Of a DNA stretch of 64,000 nucleotides, positions 1 through 13,200 are shown one piece after another. Below the pieces are notes generated by a model. The model had not been told where the DNA came from. It did no database searches and saw only the letters and a list, made by a program, of their open reading frames with translations. A program made the translations under genes and the position numbers. Position 1 is the first letter of the stretch; every line of letters begins with the position of its first letter. This stretch comes from Gordius albopunctatus (taxonomy: Eukaryota), in assembly GCA_964276515.1 (NCBI GenBank), contig OZ193909.1, forward strand, positions 16,678,001 through 16,742,000, in the 5' to 3' direction.

Positions 1-1084
1 GCAAAATATAAATATGCTTTAGTAATATTTACTATTCCATCAGAACTCATTCTAAGCCTAAAATTTCTTTAATATTTAATAGTGCTATGGATACAAATAG
101 GTGATAAAGATAATATAAAATTATTAACATACCCTATGGATCAACCTCACTTAGGTAAATGATTGCCAAATTTTAAATTTTCTGCAAAAATATATTATAT
201 ACATATTGATTTACACTTAATACCTTAAATGTAAATCATGCAAATTAAAATACACAATAATTTACTAAAATCTAACGATCAATAAAAAGTCGAGATCTCG
301 CCGAGAAAATCTCGTCTCGTCTCGACATCAAAATTCTCGTCTCGATTCCATAGACCGAGATTTTTCTCGGGTTTTCCGCATCACTACTCTGATCTATCTT
401 TCAAATTTCAACTAAGCTTGAAGGTGGACTAAGAAAATCAGAAGAACCAATGAAAGGCAATAATTGGTTCTAAAAGCATTTAATATTTTATACTAAATCC
501 GGTTTAACTATCACCTTCGCATATTTAAGAATTTACCCCTTCAATGTCCCCGCTTGTTCACTTTTGAAAATTTATCGTATAAATAGTTCAGATGATTAAT
601 TATGTTTTATTGTAATAATTTCATTATTGACAATAATAATAATACAAAAATAAAATGTTACATATAAAAGGTAAAAAAAGTTTACATAGCTCTATACCAT
701 TATCTATTATACATAATTGGATATATATGCTGATGGTTATAAATGCGTCAAAAAATTAGCACATGTTTAAAAAAATCTTATGCATGAAAAATTATTAGAT
801 TTTTGCCTCAACATCATAAAGTCTTTATATTGAGTATTATTAAAATAAAAGGTGCAAAACGGTAGGGCGAGTGGTTGCTTTGCTTTTAAAGCCATGAAAA
901 GTTAAAAGGGGGGTCCAAGGTATTATGCTAAAAATGTAGATTTTTGGTTTTTGCATTGACGACATTCAAATATAATACTAGAAGCGAGATTGAATACTTT
1001 GATTTGGTACAGTGTGGGCTAGTAGGGAGTGTACAAAATGGTTAACATCCAAAAAGTCGTAAAATTAAAAGCACAATAATGGAA

Positions 1085-1291
1085 TTAGCAAGATATTTTT
1101 TCTCCCATTTTAGTCACATATTCGTTGTGGGTATTGAATGAGAGTTGAGTCTTATTCAAATCATCGTGATATAAGTCGAGGGTAGGTGTTATGCTGAGAG
1201 TATTAGGATTCCAAGTATCGTTAGGTAGGGCCGGGGTTACTTTGGATGTTATTATACCAGCCATAGCGGTGTACAATGCGACAACATCAGC
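1085..1291 (-). CDS. Ptp99A: PTP exon 25: C-terminal tail
   Basis: [10 protein letters not shown]...KISC-stop; acceptor tttatatag. Confidence 0.8.
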   Translation of the reverse strand, partial: ADVVALYTAMAGIITSKVTPALPNDTWNPNTLSITPTLDLYHDDLNKTQLSFNTHNEYVTKMGEKISC

Positions 1292-4200
1292 CTATATAAA
1301 GAAATCGATATTAGCCTTATATATTTTTCCCTTCAAAATCCATTTTTACCTTTTATTTACTTTTATTGAAAAGCTTCAGTAAGGCTAAGGATATTTGGAA
1401 GGACATTTTAAATGAGGCATATAAACATAAATTATATTTTACACATAAATTCTCTTAGTATTCAATTTCGATATTATTAAAAATCCTTAATAAATATTTG
1501 CCATTTTATGATTGTTATTATTTAAATTTAGATAAGTTTTATTCAATGTAGCAAAAAATGCGTTTGCCATAAAATAGTTTTATTTACTTGGGTAGAGAAC
1601 AAGTTGGGCCGTTTGGTGTTGTAGATGTAAGCCATTTGAAATAGGTCGAAATGACCCCCATCATGAAGGTATTGTAAGTAAGCAGAGGCTAGTATACACA
1701 AAGATGCCGCTTCGAAACCGCCAAATCTAAAGCCATAAAATCACGATCATTTCTAAGCCCTTTTATACTATTATATCAAACGAATCGTAGCATAACTTAA
1801 AATGGTATTTTTTTTTTAAATATAAATCTTTATTAGGTGAAGTCTATATATAATAAAAATATAAAGCACGATCAATAAATAGATAAAAGGCGTGGCTACT
1901 CTTCATTTTCATCGAGGGCCAGAGGCCAGGTGTCGGAAAATGCCTTATAGTTGTATTTGGCTATTAAAATTCCTATTTTTTGGCGCAAAAGAAAGCTTGC
2001 GGAGTATTTTCCTTCGGGAGATCTCTTTCCTGTCAATTTAAAAAAGGCTAATGCCTGTTTGCCAAAAGTCGCGGAACAGGAAGCCACGATAGGGATAAAA
2101 ATTTTAGAAGGGATTATATCACGGTATTTATTGGTTGAAATGTATAATGTTTAAAAAATGCTTTTTAAATGGAGACCGGTAAAATTAAATTTAAGGTATT
2201 AGTAAAACAACACTACAATTAAACAGGATATTTCTCAAATTAAAATAAAATACTTAAACAGATATATTCAGAATCTAAGTAAATAAGGGCCCGGACGGCA
2301 TTACACTTTTTCCATAATAGATTAAAGGGAGGCCTAAGCACGAACAACAAATGAACTTAATTGCCAAAGTGCTTTCATGTATTTTCGTGCGACACACGCT
2401 ATTTAAAGATATTATGTTTCATTCATTTACGATTGTTGCTCGAGGACAGAAATTACGGACTAAAACTTATGAGAAAGGGGCTATTTAAAAAAACAGTATG
2501 AAAAAGGTTTAAGGGACTGGGAAAATTTTACTTGTCTATAACCACCACGGGCGATAAATTTTGGCTCAGGGCGTTGAGCGGGGGCTTATTTTTGCGCATG
2601 AGGACGTTCACTAACGCGGCGACGAATTTGTTCAAATTTCGACAAGCCAAAACATCGCCTAGTGCGGAGGAGCCCCGGGCTAGGTGAAAAATATTTTGGC
2701 ATTCGGCTATGCGGCTACTCGGGGTGGCAGTTGGGGAAAGGTATCGCGGTAACAGGTCTCCGTTGCAAATGTACATTTTGGTTAGCAGTTGATAATCTTC
2801 CTGCAAGTACCACAAAACAAAACAAGATTTTAGCTAGAACCTTGGTAGGGGAGTTTAAAATTGTTTATGTGTCACAGATCACATATAATATGTGAGTTCG
2901 TCTTCGTGCTAGTGTCGTAAAAACGGCTGGGTTTTGTTTGGTCGACCTTAGGGCGGCTTGTCTTAATATCGGATTTTGCTGCGCAGCAAAAATCGATTTT
3001 ACAACATTACTTCGTACAAATCAAATTTTTATCCTTAAAAACCTCATTAAGTAGTAATCCAAATACCATAAATATTAGAGGGGATATTTTGTACACATCA
3101 GAAATTTAAGTTCCCGCATTTATATTATAGAGCTATTAAGAACGAATTGGTTAAAAAATCTTAATTAAAAATAAAATGGCATTACGTCATCGGATTCCAG
3201 GGAAAAATTGATGATGGAAAACAAGCCATCGGATTGGGCATCTAGATTGTTGCGAGATTTTGAATCCAGGCAAAAGACTTTGATGCAATCGAAAGATAGG
3301 TAACTTTCGAGAGCCGGCCAAAACGGGAGATAAGCCTGAAAGGTTTAGTTTGAAAATATTCTAACATTAAATAGGCATTCAAAAAAATACGACGCTTAAT
3401 TCAAAAACAAAATAGACTAATTAAAGCTAACATAAAAAAATTAAAGAAACTCCAAAACCTATTATGACAGAATTTACCGACATCAAGTATGGTATGGTAC
3501 ATAATTTATAATTTTTTTTTGTAAAAATATAAATTATGAAATCAAACGTGGATGAACCTTCAATTAAAAACAATAATAAATTCATTATTATTTTAATTCA
3601 TATTTTTTGTAATGAGAGACTATTGAATTCGAAATACCTCGGAATCCGTATCCTTGGGGAAAATGAGTAGAAAGATATCGGTGCAATTGTTTTCCCAAAT
3701 CATTTGCCAAAAATTGTGTACCGTATCCAGGGTAGGATGCTGCGTCACTATGAAATCTTTTTGCGAATAAAAACCCTGCGTCCCCGAGTAAATACAGGAA
3801 TAATAAGAAGTATAATCGTGTTAAAAGATTATCTCGTTCTTATTTTATTATGAACGAATAAAAGACTTGAAAACTTCCAGAAACCAATGATTTATAAAAT
3901 GTCGCGTTAGTAACATGTAAATTATGTGTATTCAAATTATGGTAATTTGAAAGGCGCCATATAAATCCCCCCCCCCTAATTGCATGGAGTGCTAATAAAA
4001 AAGGTACTCAGTTAATTTAGCTGGCCAGTTAGCTTAGTAAAACAAATTTCTGACTAAACCCATCAATCCAACGGACAACCATTATATTTGTTATAATAAA
4101 ATTAACTAAACGCGTGGCAAAAGGATGGTTAGGAGCGTTACTTCCAAATAGGAAGCGTTTAGGTAATCCGAGCCCTCCAAGGTTGGTTTGGGTGTAAGGG

Positions 4201-7200
4201 GGACCCTCCAATCGTCGCTGGGCAATATAAGGGGCCCCGTTGGTGGGCTTTGGAAATGCTGCCCAATTTTAGTACCACCACCTTTCCCAACACCACCACA
4301 GGCCTCCCCTTTCCTCTGTTGATCCGCGTTATTTAGCGAAGCAGGCTGTTCGTATCCACACGGAGGACTACTACACCTATTCTTCAATCTATTACAGGGT
4401 TTGAGCGCGTTGCTGCACACTGGTGAAGTCAAACTGAGTGGCGACGATTCCTTGTGGCACGCTAATATTAGCGAAGCCTGCAAACTTAAGGGGTCGGGCT
4501 CGGGTAATTTTACAGGACGGGCCGAGGGGTTCGGTATCGAGGTCGTCGGAGGGGCGTAATAAAGGCCCGCCGCCGATTTTGGTCTATTTTCTACGCTAAA
4601 TATGCTCAGGACTTTGGCCTTAGCCTGACGGACTGGACCTTTGATAATGGCTTCCGCCGACGCGGACCAGTCTGATTTGGGTGGGTCTAGGTTGTTTTTC
4701 TTAACTTTAAGAGCGATTTCTTTACCCTCTCCTATTATGATATGAGGATCGCTAGCTATGCTCAGGAGCTTTGGCTTAGCAGCATCAGAAGGTGATGGAG
4801 TTCGACTGAAATAGGCTTCCAGCAGGGTTTCTAAAGATGTGGCCGATAGCAGGGTAGAATTACCGATGGCCAAGGCCATAGTTAGAGCGTCGTGGATAAA
4901 TATAAATTGTTCCTGGAAAATGTGCAAAATAATCACTATAATAACAAATTGATCAGAATTAGCGGTGCATATTTTTGAATTGATTGAGCTATAAATAATA
5001 GTATCTTAAAAAAACGTTTGATATTTTAACATAATTAAAGTTTTTAGTGATTTAGAAATCCAAAAACCATTACATATTTACTTGATCCTTAATTTGAGCC
5101 CATATAATTAGAACTTGCGTAAAAATTCTTATAAAATTAATTTACGGTCAGTTATTTTGTTAAAATTGTTGATGATTATTGCCAAGCATTACCAAAGCTT
5201 AATATAAATACTAGTATATGTTATTTGTTTTTAATTATTTTGTGATGGTTTGCAAATAATTGCAATAAAGTATATTAGTTATAAAGTGATGCATCTCGCA
5301 AATTAATAAGGGTACTAACCTAATCCCGAACCACATGATTATTATAAACTAAATTATTCATTGAATAAATTTACATCACTTTTAAATGAGTCATAAGTGT
5401 AATAGGTGCTGGTGCCATAATTATCTTCATAACGCTAGGTTGATATTACCTTTAATGTTCATCGAAGTAATAAAGTAATTTTAACCTTAAAATCCTAGCA
5501 AATATCCGAATCGAATTTTCGAGCAAAAAGACCAGAGCATTTAATTCGAAATTTATAAGTAGTCAATGTTGGAAGGCTAATAAATTTAAAAAGTGGTTGT
5601 TGCTAACATCTTTTTCATTCATTCAATAATATATTAACTAAAAGTGCATTAAAAATGTAACTTAGGGTTCAAAAACTTTTTAGAGTATTTATAAAAATCG
5701 CAGCTCGCAATCCCGAAGTGAGAAGAACCTCGGTTTGGACCAGGTAATTTCTTTGTTGTCGGATTTCGGCCAAATAATTGTATACGTCCAAGGTGCCCCG
5801 TTGGGCCATCCTTTGCAACATAACGTCTACGACGAAAAATGTACCAGTCCTGCCCACCCCCGCACTACAGTGAACAACTAGAGGTCGAAGCGATTCATCT
5901 GCTTGTGGGTTATCTTCCGATGATTGACCTTATGGAGGAGGTGCAATGAAAATAAAAGATAAAACCCTTCGCTCAAAGTAAAAATTTATAAAATTATTAA
6001 ATCGCGAGAGTTTTCTAGTTTTCAAAATTGTGTTAAAAAATACACCATATATTTTATATAAATAGGTGTTTTTGCCTCGAGGCTTTTTATACAATTTCAA
6101 ATTAAAAAACCATATTAAATTTTATATTGCCCATTTATTTATTGCAAAAATAGTACGTTTACTCACCCGGGAACTATGTTTATAAAAAGAGCGTACAATT
6201 TATAAATTACTAGAGCAATTTGAGGTATAATTATCTAAATGTGCTGTTATAATCATGATCAAACAGTATGTCTTCCAACTTATTTAAAAAAAGGATAACT
6301 CCTTATGGATATTGGGATTATTAGGATTACTAGTTATCATATGTTTCTACAAATTAAAGCCATTATATTTTTAGTTATTATACAAAGACTTAACTATGGA
6401 ATTTTTAAAAGATATACAACACATACAAAACCACAATAAACACCTATTGTAATATTAAATTCACCATTATTAACAATAATATGCGTTTCGGAGCTGGGAA
6501 TTATACTGGTAACACCCACATTACACATAGTAAGTTTGGGATTTCCAACATTTTGACTTTTGATCTCCCTAATAAATCCTCGTTTATCTCCCTTTATAGA
6601 TTCGATCCTGCACGCGCTTGGGCTAACCGCTTCGCCCATTGACATCCTAAAGAATTGCAAAACAAATTTAATTCGATCCCATAAAATAAGAACGAAAAAC
6701 TGGCAAACAGCTAATTTTTGCAACACTAAAACTTAAGCCGAGATCTTTGGTGAGGTGTATAATATTCATTGTTCTCATTTGTGCAGTGAAAAAGTGCAAG
6801 TTATGGAAGAATGATTATTATTTTTCCATACGTCGGTTCGACAATAAATTATATTATTAACAACAAAATACAGATGGCGTATTTCTACACCCTCGCCCAT
6901 TTCTATCGCCCGACCCTAACCTAAACTCCCAAAAGCACTTGTTACCGTCTTCCGAGCATCCAAATACCGACCGATATCCATTAATGCAAAAATAGATGAA
7001 ATACACAAAAAGGGTAGTTTACTTGTTAGGGGTCATGTATCTGGCATGACCGCAGCGTCTGATGAAGCTGAGTAGAGGAAGAGTGAAACGGGGCACGCCA
7101 TGGTCTGGCCACTGGGTGTAATGATACTGTACCACTATCCTTCGCCCAAACATCACCCCTGAAAGGTGTAAAAACATTTTCGATTGAGCCATTATAACTC

Positions 7201-10200
7201 CACACTTTTTCCCAATAGATCCTATAAACAACCGAAATTCTTAAAATTCAATTAACCCTGAAAAAGGCTCCCAACATCTCCTCAACGAACACATTATAAT
7301 AATATTTATGTAAATGTATACTGACTGTTAAATGAACTTTTTGAAACATATACGTTTCCTATTGATAGATATGTAATGGATTTAAAATTTATGATTATAT
7401 TCCAACAAATAATATCTTCATTATATTCAATCTTTAAAAAATTTCCAATAGCTGTTTGTCACACTAAGGTGGTCAGCTTCCTTAGATATTTGGATGAGGG
7501 GTGATGCTCGGCTATCCAAGCCTGACAGTCGTGATGACAAAGTGATTTTTAATCTTTTGAAATAAGTGCCAGAGGCGGGATTGAACCACCGAGCTCTTGC
7601 TTCAAAGACTAAACCTTTACCCCAACTCCCTAATTAATTCAATACTTTCAATCTGACTATTAACAAAACAAATGATACATATTCAAAGGTTAGAATTTAA
7701 ATATGTAATCCTAAGAAAACGTCATAAATAAATTGAAACTCGATGAAAAATCATCAAAATTTCGTTAAATAGCCCTGAAAAATACCTGAAATACTTAAAA
7801 AACAAGAATCAATACTCTTCCGTAACAATACAGTACCGTGATTGTCTTCTCGTTGCTGAGAGTGTCGAGTCGTAGGCGACAAGGTATCGTTTATGGTACA
7901 GCCCAAGAAGGAATCTCGGGGATCGGGGCTAGCAAAAAATGCTTTGGGCGCTACTTGCTGCTGCTGCAATAACTGTTGATGCGCTACAGTTAAATTACAA
8001 TTTCCATCATCTAAGCCCGAAGACCTTCCATGCTCAATCGTTGCCTGGGAAGGCAAGGAATTTTCGTGGGAGGGGGTCGAGGGTCGAGACGAAGAAACGG
8101 CAAAAGTTCTGACGGTAAAATAAGCCCGCTTTTCGGTGCTCAGATGCCTGACTTCGACGTCGCCATACTTTTCCAAAGTTCCGACCTCGGGGGGCCAATA
8201 TAGGTCGCATTTAATCTGCGAACCAGTCGAGAAACAAAAACTCGTGGTAATTTTTAAGATTTCTCATTACTCGATTTTAAAGCCAAACCCAATTCGCATG
8301 TTTAGTAAGATTTATTAAAGATATATAGCTTGATGAATTTATAACATTAATGATTATTTCCAATACAATCCATGACAATCTAAAAACTAAGTAAACGCTT
8401 AATATGGGGCTATGAATATAAAGCATTTCGCAGTCTATAAGTTTATGAAAGACTATACCCTCCCTACCCATCGTGTTAAGAAGTATTGCTTTAAAACCTG
8501 CCAGAAAGAGCGATCGTCGATTAATTTTATTTTTCTGGTCGAGTTCTTTTGTGGAACTGAAGTGTTACAGTTGCATACAATTATAATTTGTTTAACTACA
8601 ACTTGACCATTCACCTTTTATTAAACTTTTCGAAATCTAGTGTGTCCCAGTGTTAAGCACGAGAACCTATGACCCCTATTTGAATTCCTTTTAATCGATT
8701 ATTTAAACGAAATCAAGTAAAAATAATAATCACTAAATATGAACATTTTAACGCACAAAATTACTTACTATTTACGATTTAATAAAGGCTGGGGCTCGGA
8801 CCTGGCTAAGATAAATAAGGCACTTCAAGCCCATTTTAAATTTTTCAAGAGAGGAAATAGTAATACACAAACAAATTATCGAGCCCAAGAAACTAAAAGT
8901 ACTAAAAAAATAAAGGATAATTCGATATGTAATTAAATAATGAAACCGGAAGTGCAGGAGGGAAGGAGGAACGAAACTCATCTATACTCTGTATAAAAGT
9001 AGCATATTTGCTATGCAATTTATGGGCGAGAATGGCTATAGGGGGGTATTAAATGCAAAATGATTAGTTAATTATCTATACAAATATTTAAAAAGTTAAA
9101 TTTTTGTTAAATAAAACCTGCTATAAAACACTTGTTAATACTTTATTTATTGAGGAATAGGTTTTCTTTCATTCATTCTTATTTATCAACTTCTAAATTA
9201 ATAGAAATGACGAGAGGAACGCAAATAGAGGAAAAGCCAATAGCCATCCTTCCAAAACTTACAACTTTCAATTTAGAGTTTTTTTGGTACTGCATAAATT
9301 TAAACAATTTGGTGTAGTCGACCCATAATTTGAATATTGACTATAGACCCTATTCAAATCATGCGCACATGTATAGTATAAACAAGATATAAAAAAAATG
9401 AATTTCCTATCAGGCTCTAGCCATTGGTCATTTTTTCCACTAATAAGCAGACAGCCAAATAACTAGTCTATACAGTCAAAACCGTTTAATTGCAAAGACT
9501 TGGGCCTCAAAAAAATTCGCGATTAACCGGTATTTCGCGATTAAACGATGGAAAAAGATAAAATATTAAATATATGAAGACATAAAGTAAATATTAATAT
9601 CTTACGCTTCGCAATAAAACGATATTTTATATGACTGTATAGTTGATTTAAGAAGTCGAAAATGTTTGTGAATACCCGATATTGTACTAATAAGCGATTT
9701 GTCAATAAACGATGTTTTTGTTAATATTATCGTTTGAAAAAAAAACAAAATGGGGGTTAACTTCGCGATTAAAAGATTTCGCGATAATCCAATTTGCGAT
9801 TAAGAAGTTTCGACTGTAATTATATTTTAGGAAAAAATCGATTTTAATCTCACTTTGGCCATTAGTCATTTTTTCCATTGGTCAGTAGCCAGCAGATGCT
9901 AAATACTGGCCAATGATTATAAGCTAGAGAAAAAATTTAATCTTAATCTCACTTAGGCCAGTGGTCATTTTTTCATTGGTCAGTAGCAAGGACACGGTCA
10001 AAAAGGACATAAATACATAAGAGACGAAAAAAATTTTAATTCGCAATTTGGTCAATGGTCATTGTATTTATTGGTCAGCAGCCAGCGGACGGCCAAAAAG
10101 TCATATTATCAATGGTATTAACAAGAACAATAAATTAATTTAAAAAAATTTACCCTCTCCGGAATTCCAACCCACATCAGTAGAGGCATAAGCCTTTGTG

Positions 10201-13200
10201 GGGGGGGGCACAGGGACCCATATCAGTAGACATATGCCCTTGTGGGGGCATAGGTAATTATCAATGTTAACCTAATATAGCAATTCAAAAAATGGAAAAA
10301 AAAATCGATTTATACTTAGGGCTATGGTAATTTTTTTCATTGGTCAGTAGCCAGGACACGGTCAAATTAACAAGAACAATATGTTAATTTAATTTAAAAA
10401 AAATTGCCCTCTCCGGGTATCGAACCAGCAATTAAGATACATGTTGGACGGCCATAAATTGCATAGCAATTAATAACTAACCTTGCCACGCTCTACTAAA
10501 TTTGTGATCATGATGACGGAATGGATGTCGTAGTCCCAAATCATGCTCCAAAAATCGCTAATGGAACTCGTGAGAGGACCTTGGGTTGCGATATAAGCTC
10601 GTGGATTTTCGTAACCTAAAAGTAATAATTCCTGTAAATTTCGTATAAACATTTTCCTCACGACGAAATGCAACTGTTGTATCTGATAATAGTTATATCC
10701 GATGTTTGAAACATTTATCCAAAGCCATTAATTTCTTTTGGCCGATGCTAACTAAGGGTCCCACCCCACTCAGTTCAAATATGCAATTAAGTTAAATATA
10801 AGTAAACTCACAATTTGGTGCGTCTAAAATATTAAACTACTTTTATTAATTAAAATTTATTTTGTAATAATACTTAATATCATTGTAGTCATCATAAACC
10901 AATAGCTTACAAATAAATCTCTCGAGGGCTGGAGAATTATACAGAAACTAATTAAAATGACACGTATGATATGGCATATGAATAAACAAAGTGAAAACTA
11001 TAAATCACCAGACACGGGTCAGGGATGCATGGTGCTTGGTCGTAGCCAAGATTCAAACCAGAGGGGGGTAGAGGGGCATAATAATAATTTTTCGAAATTT
11101 AAGCCATAATTATACTAATTTTGTAAGAATTATTGAGTTTAGAGGGGGCAGTCGCCCCTGCCTGCCTCCCCCTGCCTACGCCCATGCATGCAAGACTGTT
11201 GTTATTTGAGTTTGGATATAAATCGTAATTAAAGATAAAAACAGTTAAAAAGTGTATTAAAGGTCGAGGTCCGTTATGTAAACCTTTGATAAAGTTGGCG
11301 TTTATGTAATCGTTGTGCGTAGGTTCGGCTCCGAGAGGTTGCCCGGTTGGAGACGCGACCCGAGCTGGAGGTCCCTTGTTTAGCAGTATGACCCGGGTGG
11401 GGTCGTGGGCAAAGATATTGGCGTACCTATTTTTGCGCCTGTTAGCGGCCAAATTGGATGCCACGTTATTTTCGGGAAGTAACAGGGTTGCCGAGTTCCT
11501 AAACATCGTAGGGGGGATCGAGAGCGAAATCAACAAATCAATTCTAGATTTTATGAATTATTTTTCATTTTTTAAATCGATTCCAACCTAGTATGGGTTA
11601 TATATACTAAAAATCCACATCCTCGGGGAACACAAACTTGATGTTATATATTTATTTTTAGAACCCCATTATTCTTCTCTATCTATATTTGTAAAACTTA
11701 AGCAAATTAATAAAATTTTCTTCACTTCAAAGAATCAAACATTTTTAAAAATATTGTAATTCATTTAAAACCAAAATTTGCCTAAAAAATTTATTAATTC
11801 CTCTACGGATTAAATAGTGATTCCACAATAGCAAATGCTTAGCGGACGCTAGCAATTCGCGACTAATTTTTAAATTAAAATTTTTAATCTAAGTGCGTTT
11901 AATTAAAGATTTCGCAGAATATCAGAACTTAGCTCAGGCATTATTGAGAGTAATAAAGCTTTAGCCTTAAACGTAAACAACCTGCACAATTGGGCAAATT
12001 GGTCGGAAAAGCCTTGATCGCTGTGGGCGTGCATAAGGTCGTTGAAGAGTGGCCAATCTTTAATTCCCACCGGAGCCATGTGGTTGTAGTCTTCATATAA
12101 AATGGCGATTAGTGAAAGAAAATTGTGAAACGAAGTTTTAAATGTGCGTTTAATGGTATAAAAAGGAAAGAAACATCCCATCATTTTCATGAGTGTAATA
12201 CAAATTAACATGCTTTTAGGTTAGTTGGCATCCCACTAATTACTGGTAAGTACGACTTATCTCACCCAATAACATTTAAAATTTTATCTTTTATTACTAT
12301 TGCTAAGTAAAATATAATTATAAAAGTAAAATATCTATATTTAGAGATTTGCCCCAGTTCTTAGAATCAATCTATAAACCGAAGAGACATTAAAATGGCT
12401 GCGAGTCTTTTTGAGTTAACATTAAATTTTTTGTGGCATCACACGATTTTATAATTTTTGTGTGAGATGTTGGACATATTGTACATAGCTTTCATTATAT
12501 CTCAAACAAACCGCATATAAACCGTTTAGGATGCACAAAGAAAATTAAATTACCCCTGAAAATCTATATAAAAATTAAGGAAATAATTTAAAACAAATAA
12601 GGCATACCCGAGTTTTCAATCATGGCCAACCAATCACTACGCCTATTTTTGTTTGATTTATCCAAGGCCAGAGCCGAGTAGGGGTAATGGGCCTGGGCCG
12701 AAGGGGCTGGGGTAGAATGGTGACCTTTTGATCGTCTACATTTTCGTACCCTGATTTCGGGAGGGGGGCCTTTGGCAACCACATGGCGTCGGAGTCGACC
12801 TAAATGTCGGCTTACCGAATTTTGCAGGAGGCTTATAAGAGGCGTCACCAGTGAAGGAGAGCGAGCGTGGTGTGACCCGCTTTGGGCCTTAAAATCAGCT
12901 GGTATCGATTTATGCCTCCTCGAGGAATGACATTTTTGTTTACACCTTAATCACGAGAATAAAAAATCTATAAGTATTTTAAGAAAATATATAAGAAGCT
13001 TTTAGAGATTATTATTGGTGGAAAAAAACGTCAAAAACATGGGTATAACTTCGTTAAAATTTTTAAATACAGCTTAATACCAGAAATCAGATAAATCTTA
13101 TATATTTATTTTTACTTATTTAATCACTTTGTTATATATATGTCTACCAATAAAAAACTAAAAAGGATAATTTTGTACATAAAAAGGTACCAAAAACTTA

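Noticed and set aside
7565..7635. Functional tRNA gene
   Set aside because: The 5' acceptor strand is missing and there is no clean cloverleaf; the sequence continues into a LINE-like tail, so it is treated as a SINE head.
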